A stretch of 64,000 nt of DNA from Octopus vulgaris (Eukaryota), in contig OX597817.1 of assembly GCA_951406725.2 (NCBI GenBank), positions 71,362,001-71,426,000 of the forward strand, written 5' to 3'. A model generated the notes under the pieces. It was given only the letters and a program-made list of their open reading frames with translations. It was not told the origin of the DNA and made no database searches. Below, in pieces: positions 40,456 to 53,552 of this stretch. How positions within the stretch are numbered: the first letter of the stretch is position 1; every line of letters starts with the position of its first letter. Made by a program: the position numbers and the translations under genes.

Positions 40456-41833
40456 TAATAAAGCAAGCAAAAGCCTCAATGTGTAATTCTTACGTCTGAA
40501 TTTTTTATCTCTAAATTAGCCGATGGGTTGTTAGGGCCGCAGCCGTTTGCAAGCGACGCTCTGATAGAAGAATTCTGAGCTTTATATCTGAGATAAGACA
40601 GGTTTATCTTCAAACGTGTACCAAGAATCCAAGAACCAAGAGCATTAAGCTAACTACTTCAAGAATACAATTTTAGCGGTGAGATATATGTAGAATCTAA
40701 AATTCGAACACATGGAACGCGGTTTTACTTATTTTAACTTTAGGAAATAATCAACATTGTTTATTAATTAAACTATTTGTTAATTTACTTACGTAATTTA
40801 TTTTGGGATAAGACGCGCTAAATTTGCTGTCGACACGTTATGCAAGCAACACTCTTTGTGTGTTTCTCATTAGTTTGGCGCACCCATGTTTTGTTCATCT
40901 ATTTCTATTATTCATTATTTCCTACATTTACTTTTCTTCCAACCAACATATCCCACGCCACACACAAGAGTTTAGGTACTTCTCTTTCTGTCCGGCTTCT
41001 TTGCTTCTTGATTCTGCTATTTCAAAAGCTATTGAAGTGAGACTAGGAAGTCCAATTATTTTATCAATGGTAGTAAGTAAATTAAAACAACAAAATTAAT
41101 TTTATTGCTTTAATTTTCCAGTTTGCAAGTTTCAGCAGATTATATGGATTTGTAAGAACCAGAAACTGCTCTATCCATCATATTAGATACACTAGGCGTG
41201 AAAAATGTTTCACACGAGAAACGACATCTATGCCAGCAGGAGTTTCCAGCAACTGGGCGGTGAACCAATACCTGGTCATACAGAAAGAATAAACTTTAAA
41301 AATTCATTTCTATTTTATTGACTATCGCTGTCAGCAGGATATCTTAGTAATATATTCTTTTTAAAGTCTTAGACAAAGTGAAACTAGAATGAGATTTCGC
41401 AGTTATTCGTAGCAGGTCTTGGGCTAATATAGAGACTTACTATCGTTGTGTTACTATGTCGCGCTCTCTACCGTTTCTGCCCAGGCATCTGTAACGATAA
41501 ATTCTAACGATTACCGGAACGAAAATCAATCATTTCTCTACAACCAACTCAACATTTACTTCTGGTGTTTTGCAAGAAGGACTGAGAAACGATTGATGCG
41601 TCCCTTTCTATATTATAGTTATGCAGCCACCAGAACACATTATTATCAGTAAAGCTAGCTGTATTGCCACTGTGTTATACGCATACGCATATGGCGGTGT
41701 TTCACATGAACAGGATAAAAAGAAATAGGAATCCGTGACGTTCATAACTACTTTATTTTCTTCTTGTCCTTCTTCGAGGTTATCTGTCTCAAGACTACTT
41801 CCCTACCCCTCTCTTTCTCTCTTTTATTTTCTC

Positions 41834-41871
<38 letters not shown>

Positions 41872-41956
41872 CTTTTCAAAAATGCTATGATTGATAACGT
41901 GAATATATTTCTGGGATATATAAGAACTAGTCATTATAGTCAAATGGATGATACTG

Positions 41957-41957
<1 letters not shown>

Positions 41958-41996
<39 letters not shown>

Positions 41997-42905
41997 TAAT
42001 AATAATAATAATAATAATGATAATTTCTTTGTTGGCCACAAGGGTCTCAAAAAGTATTTAGGACAATACAAAGACAAACGACAGACTGGATTTGCATAAA
42101 CACGTGTAAACAATGAAAACAATAACAATTAGTAAGGAAATTATAAGAACCAGCTTCCATAACAGGGAAGGGTAACCAAGGGGTTACCAAGGAACCCCAT
42201 AGGTCCTCGATCACCCCAAACGCCAAGAGTACCCTTGAAAAGTGTCCCTCTCCGTTTCGTTCTTTCCATCTTACAGACAGCAGCTTGGAGTAGAAGCATT
42301 CACTTGGGACGCCTTCGCCACATTCACCCACCTTTAAACAAATTTACTGACGTAGGGGCAGCACATCTTTCTTAATACTCACATTTTCTTTCAAATGCAA
42401 CTTAAAAGGATCGATGAGGGTTAGCTGAAGAGTATAGTGTCTGTCTTCAACACTTTCCACTACCTCTTTTACCAAAGCTACCCGGCAGAGAACTGCCTGC
42501 CCTTCCGGCCACAGGCAAGATCGGTCCCACACGTAATAGCAGGCATTCGATATAACTCCACAAGTCAATGAGCTCAGGCACTGAACGAATGCTTGCAACA
42601 CGATTGTGTCACTCTGCGCGCATCTCGGACATGCCCAGCTGACAGCACTGCTATGCCTGTAGAATTTATTCTGCAATGCCCTATCCACCCACACCTCGGT
42701 AGCTAGGGATTACTGGAAAGTATCCATACGTACTGGACCAAAAGTCTGGAACAAATGAGCCACTTAATTCTCATCAATACCTAGAGTCTCCCTAAGGACA
42801 TCATTGCTTTTGCCCACCACCAATCCCCTATAGAACGTCATAGTGGAGCTTCTACTGACAGCAAACCCCGACTGGCACTTTAGACGCCAGGCACCCTGCC
42901 TCGAT
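41958..42905 (-). mobile_element. Decayed L1/Tx1-like LINE 3' end with adjacent (ATT)n
   Basis: Minus ORF 42344-42694 NKFYRHSSAVSWACPRCAQSDTIVLQAFVQC is a decayed C-x2-C..H..C zf-RVT-type knuckle of ORF2 C-termini; followed by UTR-like sequence and a simple repeat. Confidence 0.7.
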
Positions 42906-44608
42906 AGAGTGAAAGACGTTACGCAATTGAATTGTGAACAAGTTAAAAAGTTTGGTATGCGAGTTACTTATATGGAATAAAAGAGTATAACAAAATACTT
43001 AGTAGTGAAAATAACATACAATTGTCACCTGATTTAAATATGGCATCCTATATTCCTGATAAAGTAATCTCCTTATTTCCGCGCTTTATATTGGTTGTGA
43101 CTGAAGATTCGAAAACTCCCATGAGAAGCTCTTGTGTTGCAGTGGTCAAGTTAGGGATCACATCCTGTAAATCGTTCATATATAGCACCTCATAATATCT
43201 ATCGGAAATTCGCAATCACATTTTGGTTCTTTCCATATTGTTTGGAATGTGTGCCCACCTCCTTCTCGATCTGGCACTTCGTCTGGAAACAATATAATTT
43301 GTATAGGTTTCTAATTAAATCCTTGTGGACTGTGCGAAGGGTTGTGAACTTTGTTTCATTCAAGGAGGAAATATCTTCTTTTTCGCGGAAGGTGAGCTCC
43401 TTTTAATAAGAGAAGTGTTCTCAACGGAAAACGTCTCCTTTCCACCGGCAATGTACCTCTCCACGCGCTTTTCCGATTGTTTATTTGGGTCTTTTTTCTT
43501 TTTTCGTAAAAATGTACTGATTCTATTTGACTTCAATGGAATGTGGGTGTGTTGCTGTGAGGTGGTGCTTCCTGGTCATTTAATCCCCGTTGTTATCGTT
43601 ATTCCTGTGGGTGACTTATTTGTCCCCACTAGTTGTGGCTGGAAGGTGGGGCTACTAGAGTTTTTTGCAGCACAATGTTCCCCTGATTTAGTTCTTTCAG
43701 CAAAATGTTCCATAGCTAAACTTCTGTCTTTTTTTTCCCGAAAGAAGATTTGCAAACGATGGAGTTTTGTTATTATTTGCCAGATTTTCGTATGTGCTTC
43801 TGTATTGTGGTTATTGTTGCCATACGTTTTGTCTGTTATACAACGCTTTTTTGTTGAAATGTATTTTTTATTTTTTCTGCCATTGTGTCATCACGACAAT
43901 ATTGCCAAGGACCAATGCAAGCATGTTTTAGAAAAACATGGATTGAAGTTTTAAACTGTAACTATCGCAGAATATTGATGATAATTACTACATTCGCTTA
44001 TTTGGCTTCTAATTGAAAAGCGCCACCAATTTCTCGTTAACACAACAGGGAATGCTTCCGGTCTCTTACATATAAATTACACGTACATATAAATTACGAC
44101 AGGATCAAACAATCTGAATTAATGACTAATTGAGCGAGCATTGCACAGATACACTGTACCTTAAAATTAATTCTCAGGCAGAATCAGTATCAAAGTGTTA
44201 AGAATTATGGGTACAATCTTCCCAACATGCTTCTTTATAGTTGCATCTCCTCAATTTCAGTTACACATATAGATCGAATAGAGGCTGTAGAAAATGTAGA
44301 GGGATCGAACCTAGATCTCATAGTTGTAAAGCGAACTTTCTATATTTTTGGCCATAATGAGCCTACACTGGCTGTGTAACTGTAATAAATCAACATTTAC
44401 ATTTATTGAGCAGTTGATTGGTAGGATTGTTAGAGCTACGACAAAATTCTATACGGTATATAGTTACGTTTTTAAACCACGGGATTTCAATCCCTTTGAG
44501 TTTGCTTTTCCCTTTTATCTTTCCGGGATCGATAAATGTGCCTGTCAAGTAATTGAGATATGTTTATTATGTGTGTGTCTATACATGGATATATACATGT
44601 ATGAATAA

Positions 44609-44699
<91 letters not shown>

Positions 44700-44792
44700 T
44701 GTATGTATGTATGTATATATATATACATACACACACATGCAAGGCAAGGCATAGATAATGGCTCTTACATATTACTTTATGGCAGTAAATGT

Positions 44793-44855
44793 AACTTACA
44801 GCTGTTTCCAGTAATCATTGTAGGTTTGTTATTGATTGGTTTCCTCAATCAGCCC
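44793..44855 (-). ncRNA. Degenerate Penelope-type minimal hammerhead
   Basis: Minus strand CTGATTGAGG...GGAAAC-AGCT-GTA: GAAA box, palindromic helix III ACAGCTGT and GUA triplet; first box has one extra nt, helix I lost. Confidence 0.5.
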
Positions 44856-45044
44856 ATTGATCGGTTGAGAAAAATTGAACGACCTAAAGAATTTATTCTA
44901 TTTTCGACATAGTCCTTTTCGTCACCTTCACACTATATATATATATAAGTCACTGCTGGTGATATCATCAATTTTAAAATTCATCCACAGATGATATGAG
45001 CAATAGTGATATCTGATTTCAAATCTCAGTGTTTGAATGTTTTG

Positions 45045-45102
<58 letters not shown>

Positions 45103-45395
45103 TACAAACATACAGTGTAAATTTGACGAAAATACAACACTAAAACGAGATAAAAAGTAAACACAGATTTGGTATTAGTCTGATGCTCAGAAAATGGGGG
45201 AAAAGAAGAAAGTGTCTTTAATGTATTGATTATACACTCTTTTTCTGAAAGATATTATACAGATAGAGAGAAAAATACAGAGAAGGTATATTGGAGACTA
45301 GAAACACGCGTATATCCAACCGTCATGGCATCGTGAAAGAACGGAAGTAGAAGAGATGACGTTTTAAGCGTAACATGAGGCACAACTGTATCCTG

Positions 45396-45474
<79 letters not shown>

Positions 45475-45721
45475 CGTGTGTGTGCGCGGTGTGTGAGTGT
45501 GTGTTTGTTTGTTTGTTTGTATGTGTGTATGTAAGAGCATGAGTGGCAGTAATTTGTATGTGTATATTGTTTAAGCGTGATGGTGTGTTTAGTGTAGGTG
45601 TTTGTCGGATTTTGAATGTGATGGCGAAGGCACGATTTTTATATACATGAATGTGTGCATACACTCCCCAGAAATTTGCGTACTCGTGCTTAGGATATAA
45701 ATCAATTGTCATATATCTACA

Positions 45722-45766
45722 CAACGCTTCGATCGGTTCGGTTGTTTCTGATCATCATCAGAGCTA
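45722..45766 (-). ncRNA. Degenerate minimal hammerhead
   Basis: Minus strand CTGATGA-T-GATC...GATC-GAAGCGTT (GAAA mutated to GAAG). Confidence 0.5.
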
Positions 45767-46422
45767 TTATTCCCAGATATGTACATAGAAACCAGACAAC
45801 ATTCGAACGAAACATCCATTCTTTGACTAAGCATATCACTCTTATTCAAGAGGCCGCCTGTACATGTGTACCATGACGAACCGAGATAAACCCGATTGAA
45901 ATGTAATGTGGATGTAAATACTGAGTAAATAAAAAGAAAAATAAGACCTTCATCTCTGAGGATGAAATTAGTAATCTAGAAAAACTATAATCTTATTGAT
46001 ATGGTTGTATATTGATATCTATTCTTTCTATATTCACTCATCTGTTACTAATACACTGACGTAAAATACAATGGCTGACTCTCACTCTTAAAATGGCGTC
46101 TTTGTAAGTCGAAAGCTCAACTTGTAACAACTTAACAATTACCTTATTGTGATATTAAATACATCTCTTCTACCAAATAAAGTGACAAATTATCAGAAAG
46201 TACGAGCGAGTTCACAGAGGAAAAGAAAAGAAAAAGGAATTACTGAAATTGAGTTGCAATCGTGTATTTATATTCACCGATTCAAATGAAAGGCTACTTA
46301 TTTTCCAAGTTCTTATTTATTTATTTTTTCTTGTAATTGTGTATCGGATGATAGTACAAGTACTGAACGTGTGGTTTTTGTTTCGTGAAATGCTTCCTAA
46401 TACATTGTTATATAAATATATA

Positions 46423-46903
46423 CCGTAAATCCTCGAGTATAGTCCGCCCTTGAGTATAATACGCAGGGGATTTTTAAGGGGCTGTACCTCTGAAAAACCT
46501 AAACCTTGTGTATAATACGCACCCTTTCTCTAACTTTAGTCAAGGAGGTCTATATAGCGTCCTTGGTTTGCAAAAATGTATACGGTAACGTCCTTTATTA
46601 TTATTGTATGTATAACATAGTGCAAACGTGTAGCTTTTTTGTGCATTTTGTCTGCAGAAAATAAAGAAATAACAATAATAACGTTTAATAAATGTTACTA
46701 ACTGCAAGTTATGGATGATTTAGGGTATTATCGCGCCCGACATCACAAAATGCGTCTGAATAAACATTGTCGGACAACAAATAGAGACTCGTACGTTGCT
46801 TAGAAAATAATTTTCATTTTTAACCTCGTATATAGTATGCACTAGGGATTTTGACCTTTAAATTTTGGGAAAAAAATGAGGATTATTACTCGAGGATTTA
46901 CAG
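46423..46903. mobile_element. pogo/Tc2-type MITE (481 bp)
   Basis: TIRs CCGTAAATCCTCGAGTA / TACTCGAGGATTTACAG with TA on both sides; no ORF. Confidence 0.88.
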
Positions 46904-46914
46904 TACATGTGAGT

Positions 46915-46953
<39 letters not shown>

Positions 46954-46969
46954 GATATATGAATATATA

Positions 46970-47139
46970 CGAAGGGGGTTGAATATGATTTAATTCAACA
47001 TATTCCCCTCTCAGATTCATACACTTCTTGCAGTGGTCCTTCAGTATTTCCAAGCGCTGTAAAAGAACTCAGAAGGTTAGGCCTCTAATCAGGCCTTTCG
47101 CAATAACCTTAAAGCCAGGAACTTTTCAGCAACCTCTCG
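46970..47139. mobile_element. Mariner-type MITE, internally deleted
   Basis: Right end AAAGCCAGGAACTTTTCAGCAACCTCTCG-TA; same family as 17786-17960. Confidence 0.75.
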
Positions 47140-47191
47140 TACGTGTGTATGTATGCATGGATGTATGTATATATGTATATCTGTGTGTGTA

Positions 47192-47247
<56 letters not shown>

Positions 47248-48054
47248 AATGTGTGTGTATATATATATCTGTGCGTGTGTGTATATATACGTGCGCACAC
47301 GCACACGCATACATACATACATACATACATACATACATACATACATACATACATACATACATACATACATACATACACGGTTGCATGCATACATTCATGC
47401 ATAAACAATTCTGACTTTCTGGATACTGCTGGTTTAATTTAGAGTGTGTTGGCCAAGGTGAGAAACTGACTCGGAGAAAATTAGTAATACAAAACGGCTT
47501 TGGACCAAAGGTTTCATAAAATTGAAGTTGTAAATGTATGTGTGTGTGTGTGTGTGTGTAATTGTTATTTGCACTATGTAACACGTCTAGGCTAGTTCAG
47601 ATGCTGGTCGATTTAGTATATGCCATAGAATAACTTCTCCCATTGACACTGACAAAGTGTTCAACATACTCGGCTCATTCACACACAGCCTTCTAGCAAT
47701 GGTGCACTTGTTCTTCGGTCTACAACGTTCCCAGAATGCCATGCACTGATGAGCCGAATATGTTATAAACCCTGTCGTAGAAGTAGGAACCCAGAAGGAC
47801 TCTGCATTTCAGAATGACGGATCGGTTTTAGTGTGCTTAGTGCAGTGTCTGAAGCTGGAGACAATAAACTGGATTGAGAACTACAGATTGTTTTACCAGA
47901 GTATCTCCATACTTCCACGAAGTTGGTCCCGACGCTGGAGTCGATGTTGGTCCCGATGTTGGAGTCGAATTTGCTCAAATCTTTGAAATGTGGAGAAGCA
48001 GAACAGGCGCCAAGTCCTGCGTTCTGATGCTTTGTTTTCCCAGGAAGAAAAGGG

Positions 48055-48123
48055 AGTTACATCGTTTCAGATTGTCTTTTAGTTTATTTTTGAAGCGCAA
48101 GAATGGCCTTCCAACTGACCTTC

Positions 48124-48125
<2 letters not shown>
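48055..48125 (-). mobile_element. RTE-clade LINE ORF C-terminal remnant
   Basis: RRSVGRPFLRFKNKLKDNLKRCN matches the R-x-x-GRP-x-x-R-(F/Y)-K motif near RTE ORF ends; element may extend toward about 47600. Confidence 0.65.
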
Positions 48126-48173
<48 letters not shown>

Positions 48174-48309
48174 CGGAGATGTACTTGCATAGCAAGTGAT
48201 CTGATCTGAGATCGTGTGCTGGAACGAAAATAATTGCAGCGCGGAAAGTGTTTATAAGCCATTTTAGAAACACACAAAAACCGTTAGATTCACTTCAACA
48301 TTTAAATTT

Positions 48310-48365
48310 AATTTGTCAAAATATTTTCGTCGCTTTGAGACCGCGACCTGTTCACTGACAAAATT
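48310..48365 (-). ncRNA. Type I minimal hammerhead ribozyme, G3:C8 core variant (all helices intact)
   Basis: TTTGTCA [GTGAACA] G GTCGC-GGTCTCAAA-GCGAC [GAA] AATATT T TGACAAA. Confidence 0.65.
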
Positions 48366-48378
48366 CCGTGCAGCACAT

Positions 48379-48434
48379 AATTTTGTCAGTGAACAGGTCG
48401 CGGTCTCAAAGCAACGAAAATATTTTGACAAATT
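48379..48434 (+). ncRNA. Second copy of the variant hammerhead (one helix II mismatch)
   Basis: Same motif with GCAAC in place of GCGAC. Confidence 0.6.
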
Positions 48435-48507
48435 AAATTTAAATGTTGAAGTGAATCTAACGGTTTTTGTGTATTTCTTAAATTGCTTATAAACACCTTC
48501 CACGCTG

Positions 48508-48569
<62 letters not shown>

Positions 48570-48660
48570 GCAGCGTGGAAGGTGTTTATAAGCAATTTAA
48601 GAATTACACAAAAACCGTTAGATTCACTTCAACATTTATATATATATATATATATATATA

Positions 48661-48832
48661 TACGACGACGGGCTTCTTTCCACTTACCGTCTACCAAATC
48701 CACTCACAAGGCTTTGGTCGCCCCGAGGCTATAATAAAAGACACTTGCCTAAGGTGCTACTCACGCAGTGGGACTGGACCCGGAACCATGTTGCTAGGAA
48801 GTAAACTTCTTACCACACAGCTACACCTGTGC
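48661..48832 (-). mobile_element. SINE family B, 5' half
   Basis: ACGACGGGCTTCTTTC...AGACACTTGCCTAAGGTGC...GCAGTGGGACTGGACCCGGAACCATG. Confidence 0.85.
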
Positions 48833-49045
48833 CTTTTGTATATTATCAGTTCTCCGATGTGACCTTTAATCGAACATTGTGAAAGTTTAGCAGCTAATAA
48901 GAAAGGACACAAGTAGAATAACAGGACTAGAATATACACCTCAAGAAGTATAGTGGATGGATAATGATAGCTACTTTTCTTTTTTCTCTTCTGTACACAC
49001 ACGTACTCACACACACATATATAATATATAATATAATATAATATA

Positions 49046-49113
<68 letters not shown>

Positions 49114-49470
49114 TATTCCTTTATGGATAACGTATAGCTGCAATAGTTTGCGTTTTCTGGACCATTAAATTCTTCTTTCGCGTTTCTATCGAAGCACTAA
49201 TGAAAAATCAAAGAAACCGTACGTAGAACGTATATCGGTCATTGACAACCTAAGCAATAAAACTCGAATCAGACTTTAGCCACAATATGGCGGCCATTAC
49301 TGGAATAAGTTTAAATATAACCTAGATTTGATGAATGTCGGTTATAAATATATGTGCTTGTGTGCGTGTATGTGTGTGTGTGAGTGCGTATGTTTTTTTC
49401 GTCTTTGTATGTGTGTGTGTGTGGCATGGGGTGCGTCTGCGTGTGTCGTTGTTTGCTTTGTGTCAAACAG

Positions 49471-49523
49471 GCAGAAGGAAATTTAACTGTTTCCAGAAGA
49501 AAAATCAATCCATTCAGTCCGAG
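49471..49523 (+). other. Candidate 53-nt internal exon
   Basis: GTTTGCTTTGTGTCAAACAG| ... CCGAG|GTATGT, a unique island inside TG-rich low-complexity sequence; open in two frames. Confidence 0.3.
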
Positions 49524-49990
49524 GTATGTTATTCTTACCTTTGTCTTCAATATTTGATTACATACGTATATGTGTGTATGTGTGTGAGTATTAAATGTGC
49601 GTATGTGTGTGTCAGTGTGTGTGTGTGCGTACGTATAAATGTCTGTGTATGAGTGTCTATGCATCTAGATGCCTGGCCTTTGAGTCCTTAACTCCTGATG
49701 GGATGGAAGAGGCGCCGTTTGTAGCATTTATTATATCTTGAATATGTAAACCTGACAGAGTCCTACTCAGAATTTGAGCATAACCAATGCATTTTCTTCT
49801 TTTTTTTTTTTTTACAAAGAACAAAATCGATTATAGTATTAGATTGATCTTTTATTTATGTACCCCGCGAAAGAATGAAAAGCAAAGTTGACCGGAACGA
49901 ATGTCATGAAACTTTGTATCTAAAAGTAAATTAAGTCTGTAACACAATTCGCTGTTATGTTTGTAATTATGTGAGTGTTTGTGTGTTTGT

Positions 49991-50081
<91 letters not shown>

Positions 50082-50272
50082 TGTGTGTGTGTGTACCAGA
50101 TACGATATTCAACTGTTGCCAAGAGCTGAACTTAATTGTCAAGAACATTATATTGCGTCAGAGAAAGGCCTGATCAATGTCTCTTTCTTTCTTGTCCTTC
50201 ACTTTCCTCTACTTCACTCTTCATTTGTCTTCACTTATGAGCCCGAGCGCGAGTATATGAGTGTGTGTGTGT

Positions 50273-50349
<77 letters not shown>

Positions 50350-50882
50350 CGCGCGTGCATGTGGCTGTGTGTCTGTGATGGAAAGGATGAGAATAAAAAG
50401 TAAAAGTAATGAACTGATTATTTGTAAGCTGTCGTCAAAGTTGAGTAAAACGGTTCAAACGTAATATTACTTATATTGAGACAAAATAATCTCGAAAAAA
50501 ATCTCATTCTATTTCACCTATAGTGGGGCTTCAGTGAGGTATTTTGCCCTACCAGAAATAGCAGCCAGATTTTCCTAAAATCAGATCTCACGTTTTATAA
50601 AGGAAATTTACATTGGATAATTTAGTTTTAGGTAAATAAAAGGCGAGATGATCACGTTTTTTGTACCAGGGACTGGCCTGGGACGACACAACTACTATAT
50701 TGCCGCCGAGTCGATAAGTTTGCCTCAGTATGGTCACTCGACTTGGAAGAAATAAAAGCCAAATCTTCCTACTGTCTTAAAAATATAGGATACATTCGAT
50801 AATGTATTCCTTGAGATACATTGTATTCATATAAAAGATACTGGATGGTCATGGGTTAAACATAATGTCTCTGTTGCGTCGG

Positions 50883-51467
50883 GAGAAACGTTAGCACACC
50901 GGGCGAAATGCTGAGCGGTATTTCGTCTGCCGCTACGTTCTGAGTTCAAATTACGCCGAGGTCGACTTTGTTTTCATCTTTTCGGGGTCGATTAAATAAG
51001 TACTAGTTACACACTGAGGTCGATATAATCGACTCAATCCGTTTGTCTGTCCTTGTTTGTCCTCTCAGTGTTTAGCTCCTTGTGGGTAGTAAATAAATAG
51101 GTATTTCGTCTGCCGTTACGTTCTGAGTTCAAATTCCGCCGAGGTCGACTTTGCCTTTCATCCTTTCGGGGTCGATTAAATAAGTACCAGTTACGCACTG
51201 GGGTCGATATAATCGACTTAATCCGTTTGTCTGTCCTTGTTTGTCCTCTCAGTGTTTAGCTCCTTGTGGGTAGTAAAGAAATAGGTATTTCGTCTGCCGC
51301 TACGTTCTGAGTTCAAATTACGCTGAGGTCGACTTTGTTTTCCTCCTTTCGGGGTCGATTAAATAAGTACTAGTTACACACTGGGGTCGATATAATCGGC
51401 TTAATCCGTTTGCCTGTCCTTGTTTGTCCTCTCTGTGTTTAGCCCATGGTGGGTAGTAAAGAAATAG
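50883..51467 (+). mobile_element. SINE family A trimer (partial head plus 183/184/183-bp units)
   Basis: Units start GTATTTCG at 50918, 51101 and 51285; each ends AAATAG. Confidence 0.95.
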
Positions 51468-53495
51468 GATTGGCTTGGAACTATACGTCATTATTACATT
51501 ATTACATTATTACATTTCTGTTGTCGACAGTTTGACATATTTCTTGTGTCATGTGATCCAGTCGTTTAATCGCGTGAGTCATGATATTTAGCGAGGTGAG
51601 GAATTCGATGTGCGGGCAATTGGGCAGTTGAATCTTGTACAACCATGTACCATCTAGATTCAGGTACGTGATTGTACCAGATCGTCGAATATTGTACAAC
51701 CACGTACTCCGAGGTACGAGTAACTACGCCGTCGAATGTGGCACAGATATTCATTCATGACTCCAATGAATATCTATACTAAAAGACTTCAATCAAAAAA
51801 ATTGAACTAACACGTACGAGAATCATTATAACCAACCTTATTTTTAGTAAGCATCTTTAGGAATTAAGACGCTTGATGTGGATCGAATGGATCAAAGAGA
51901 ATGTACTATTAATTAATATTGCAAGTTATTCTTGTATTCTTTCACGGGTTACAGTCATTGAACGTGGCCATGCTGGTGTAGCGTTTTTTATAATGAAGAT
52001 GGTTGCATTTTCTTTTCTGTCATTTTTGCATCTAATATTTTAAAGAGCTTGTATTTCGCCCTTAGGTGCTCCTTCCGACTGATATAGAGATAGGATTGTT
52101 GATGCATAATAGGCTACCTACGTGAGTGTCACTACTCCACTAGCTCACAGCAGTCTGCAGAGCTTATACGCCAGAACCTCTGATTCGCAAAGTTGGCCAC
52201 TTGGCGTCCTGTGATCTTTGATGACGTCACTGAATTGTCAATCTGTCATCAGTTACATCCACCTTCTTGCAGCCAAAGGCCTAGTTCGAAACCATGGTCA
52301 CGGAAGCCTTATTAAAAACTGCCAATTAGAGTCTGCTGAGGTTAGAACACGTAATGACAGAGCCTTTACTTGCTATTCTAGCTAAAACACTACACGCTAC
52401 CCAATCGAATGACAGTTATTCTACCACTTCGAAAGAATGCTAGTCAATGTGACCCTGGGCGAGATTCGAACTCAGAATGTAACCAAATACCACAAATTAT
52501 TACCGATTCCGTTCTATATCGACTCATATATAATATGATATTTTACTGACTAATTCTTCTTAGTAAACATTTTAAGAAATGAGAAACAACTTAATTAAAA
52601 TGAGAAATTTATAGATATTAGGTATGTACTTAATAAGCTTATATTAACTTTTCCAATACGTCTGTAACTCAATTTTTTATACGTTAGTATTGGATGTGTT
52701 GGTAAGAATCGCTTCACAATCACATCGTTTTGGGGCTAGTTCCACTGTCTTCTGATCTAGCCCCAGGCTAACCAATGTTTTGTGAGTGGAAACTGTATAT
52801 AAACTGTATAGAATTTCGGTGGGGTGGAAAACTGTACACACACACACGTATAGTTTGTGTTTGCTTGTATGCGTGTCTTTGTATGTGTGTTTGTTCTCTA
52901 ACAGCTTGACAACCAGTGACGGTTCGTTTACTTCCTCGTAATCTAACGATTCAGCAAAAGAGAGCGATAGAATTAGTACCAAGCTTAAAATAAGTCCCAA
53001 TATAGATTTGTTTGACAAACCTTACAATACAGTGCTCCAGTATTGAAACTAGAAGAAGTGCCGTCAGAGAAGGGTCATTGACCATAACGTTTACATGTCC
53101 TAATCTAACATTAGTGGGATCAATCAGGCTATTTCAACGAACAGTGCAAATATCTGTAGAACAAACGTCTGCGGGGAAAAATATAGTTGGAGAAGAAACC
53201 AGACGTCTGATACTAGTCACCTCATAATCAATTTTAAATGTATTAGTCTATCAATAGGATTGTTTGCATAGTAAATACATTTGTATTTCTAATATTGATA
53301 GTTGTTTTATGAAAGACTTCATTTCTTCGCTCAGAAGAACATTATAACCTGTGAAGACATTACAGTTATTCTACTGTCTGATATTGCAGCCAAATGACAT
53401 ATTTATCTACAAGTACACACACGTGCGTCCATACATAGATACAAAGGCGCATAGGTACGTAATACACACACACACACACACACAAACACACACAG

Positions 53496-53552
<57 letters not shown>

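Larger units (their letters stand above)
48233..48638. repeat. Three-arm fold-back: 133-bp inverted arms (48233-48365 / 48379-48511), (TA)n, then a third inverted partial arm (48567-48638)
   Basis: Arms align as reverse complements with few mismatches; the third arm carries right-arm-specific variants. Confidence 0.95.

Noticed and set aside
43325-43954. 209-aa + strand ORF
   Set aside because: Phe/Cys/Val-rich antisense shadow of an A-rich minus strand, non-ATG start, no domain.
47745-47762. CTGATGAGCCGAA as a hammerhead core
   Set aside because: No room for helix II and no GAAA or helix III.
50918-51467. CRISPR array or hammerhead retrozyme
   Set aside because: Units are contiguous 183-184-bp SINE bodies without spacers in eukaryotic DNA; no CUGANGA core on either strand of the unit.
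51502-51754. Two short minus ORFs around duplicated TTGTACAACCA(T/C)GTAC
   Set aside because: No recognisable homology or splice pattern.
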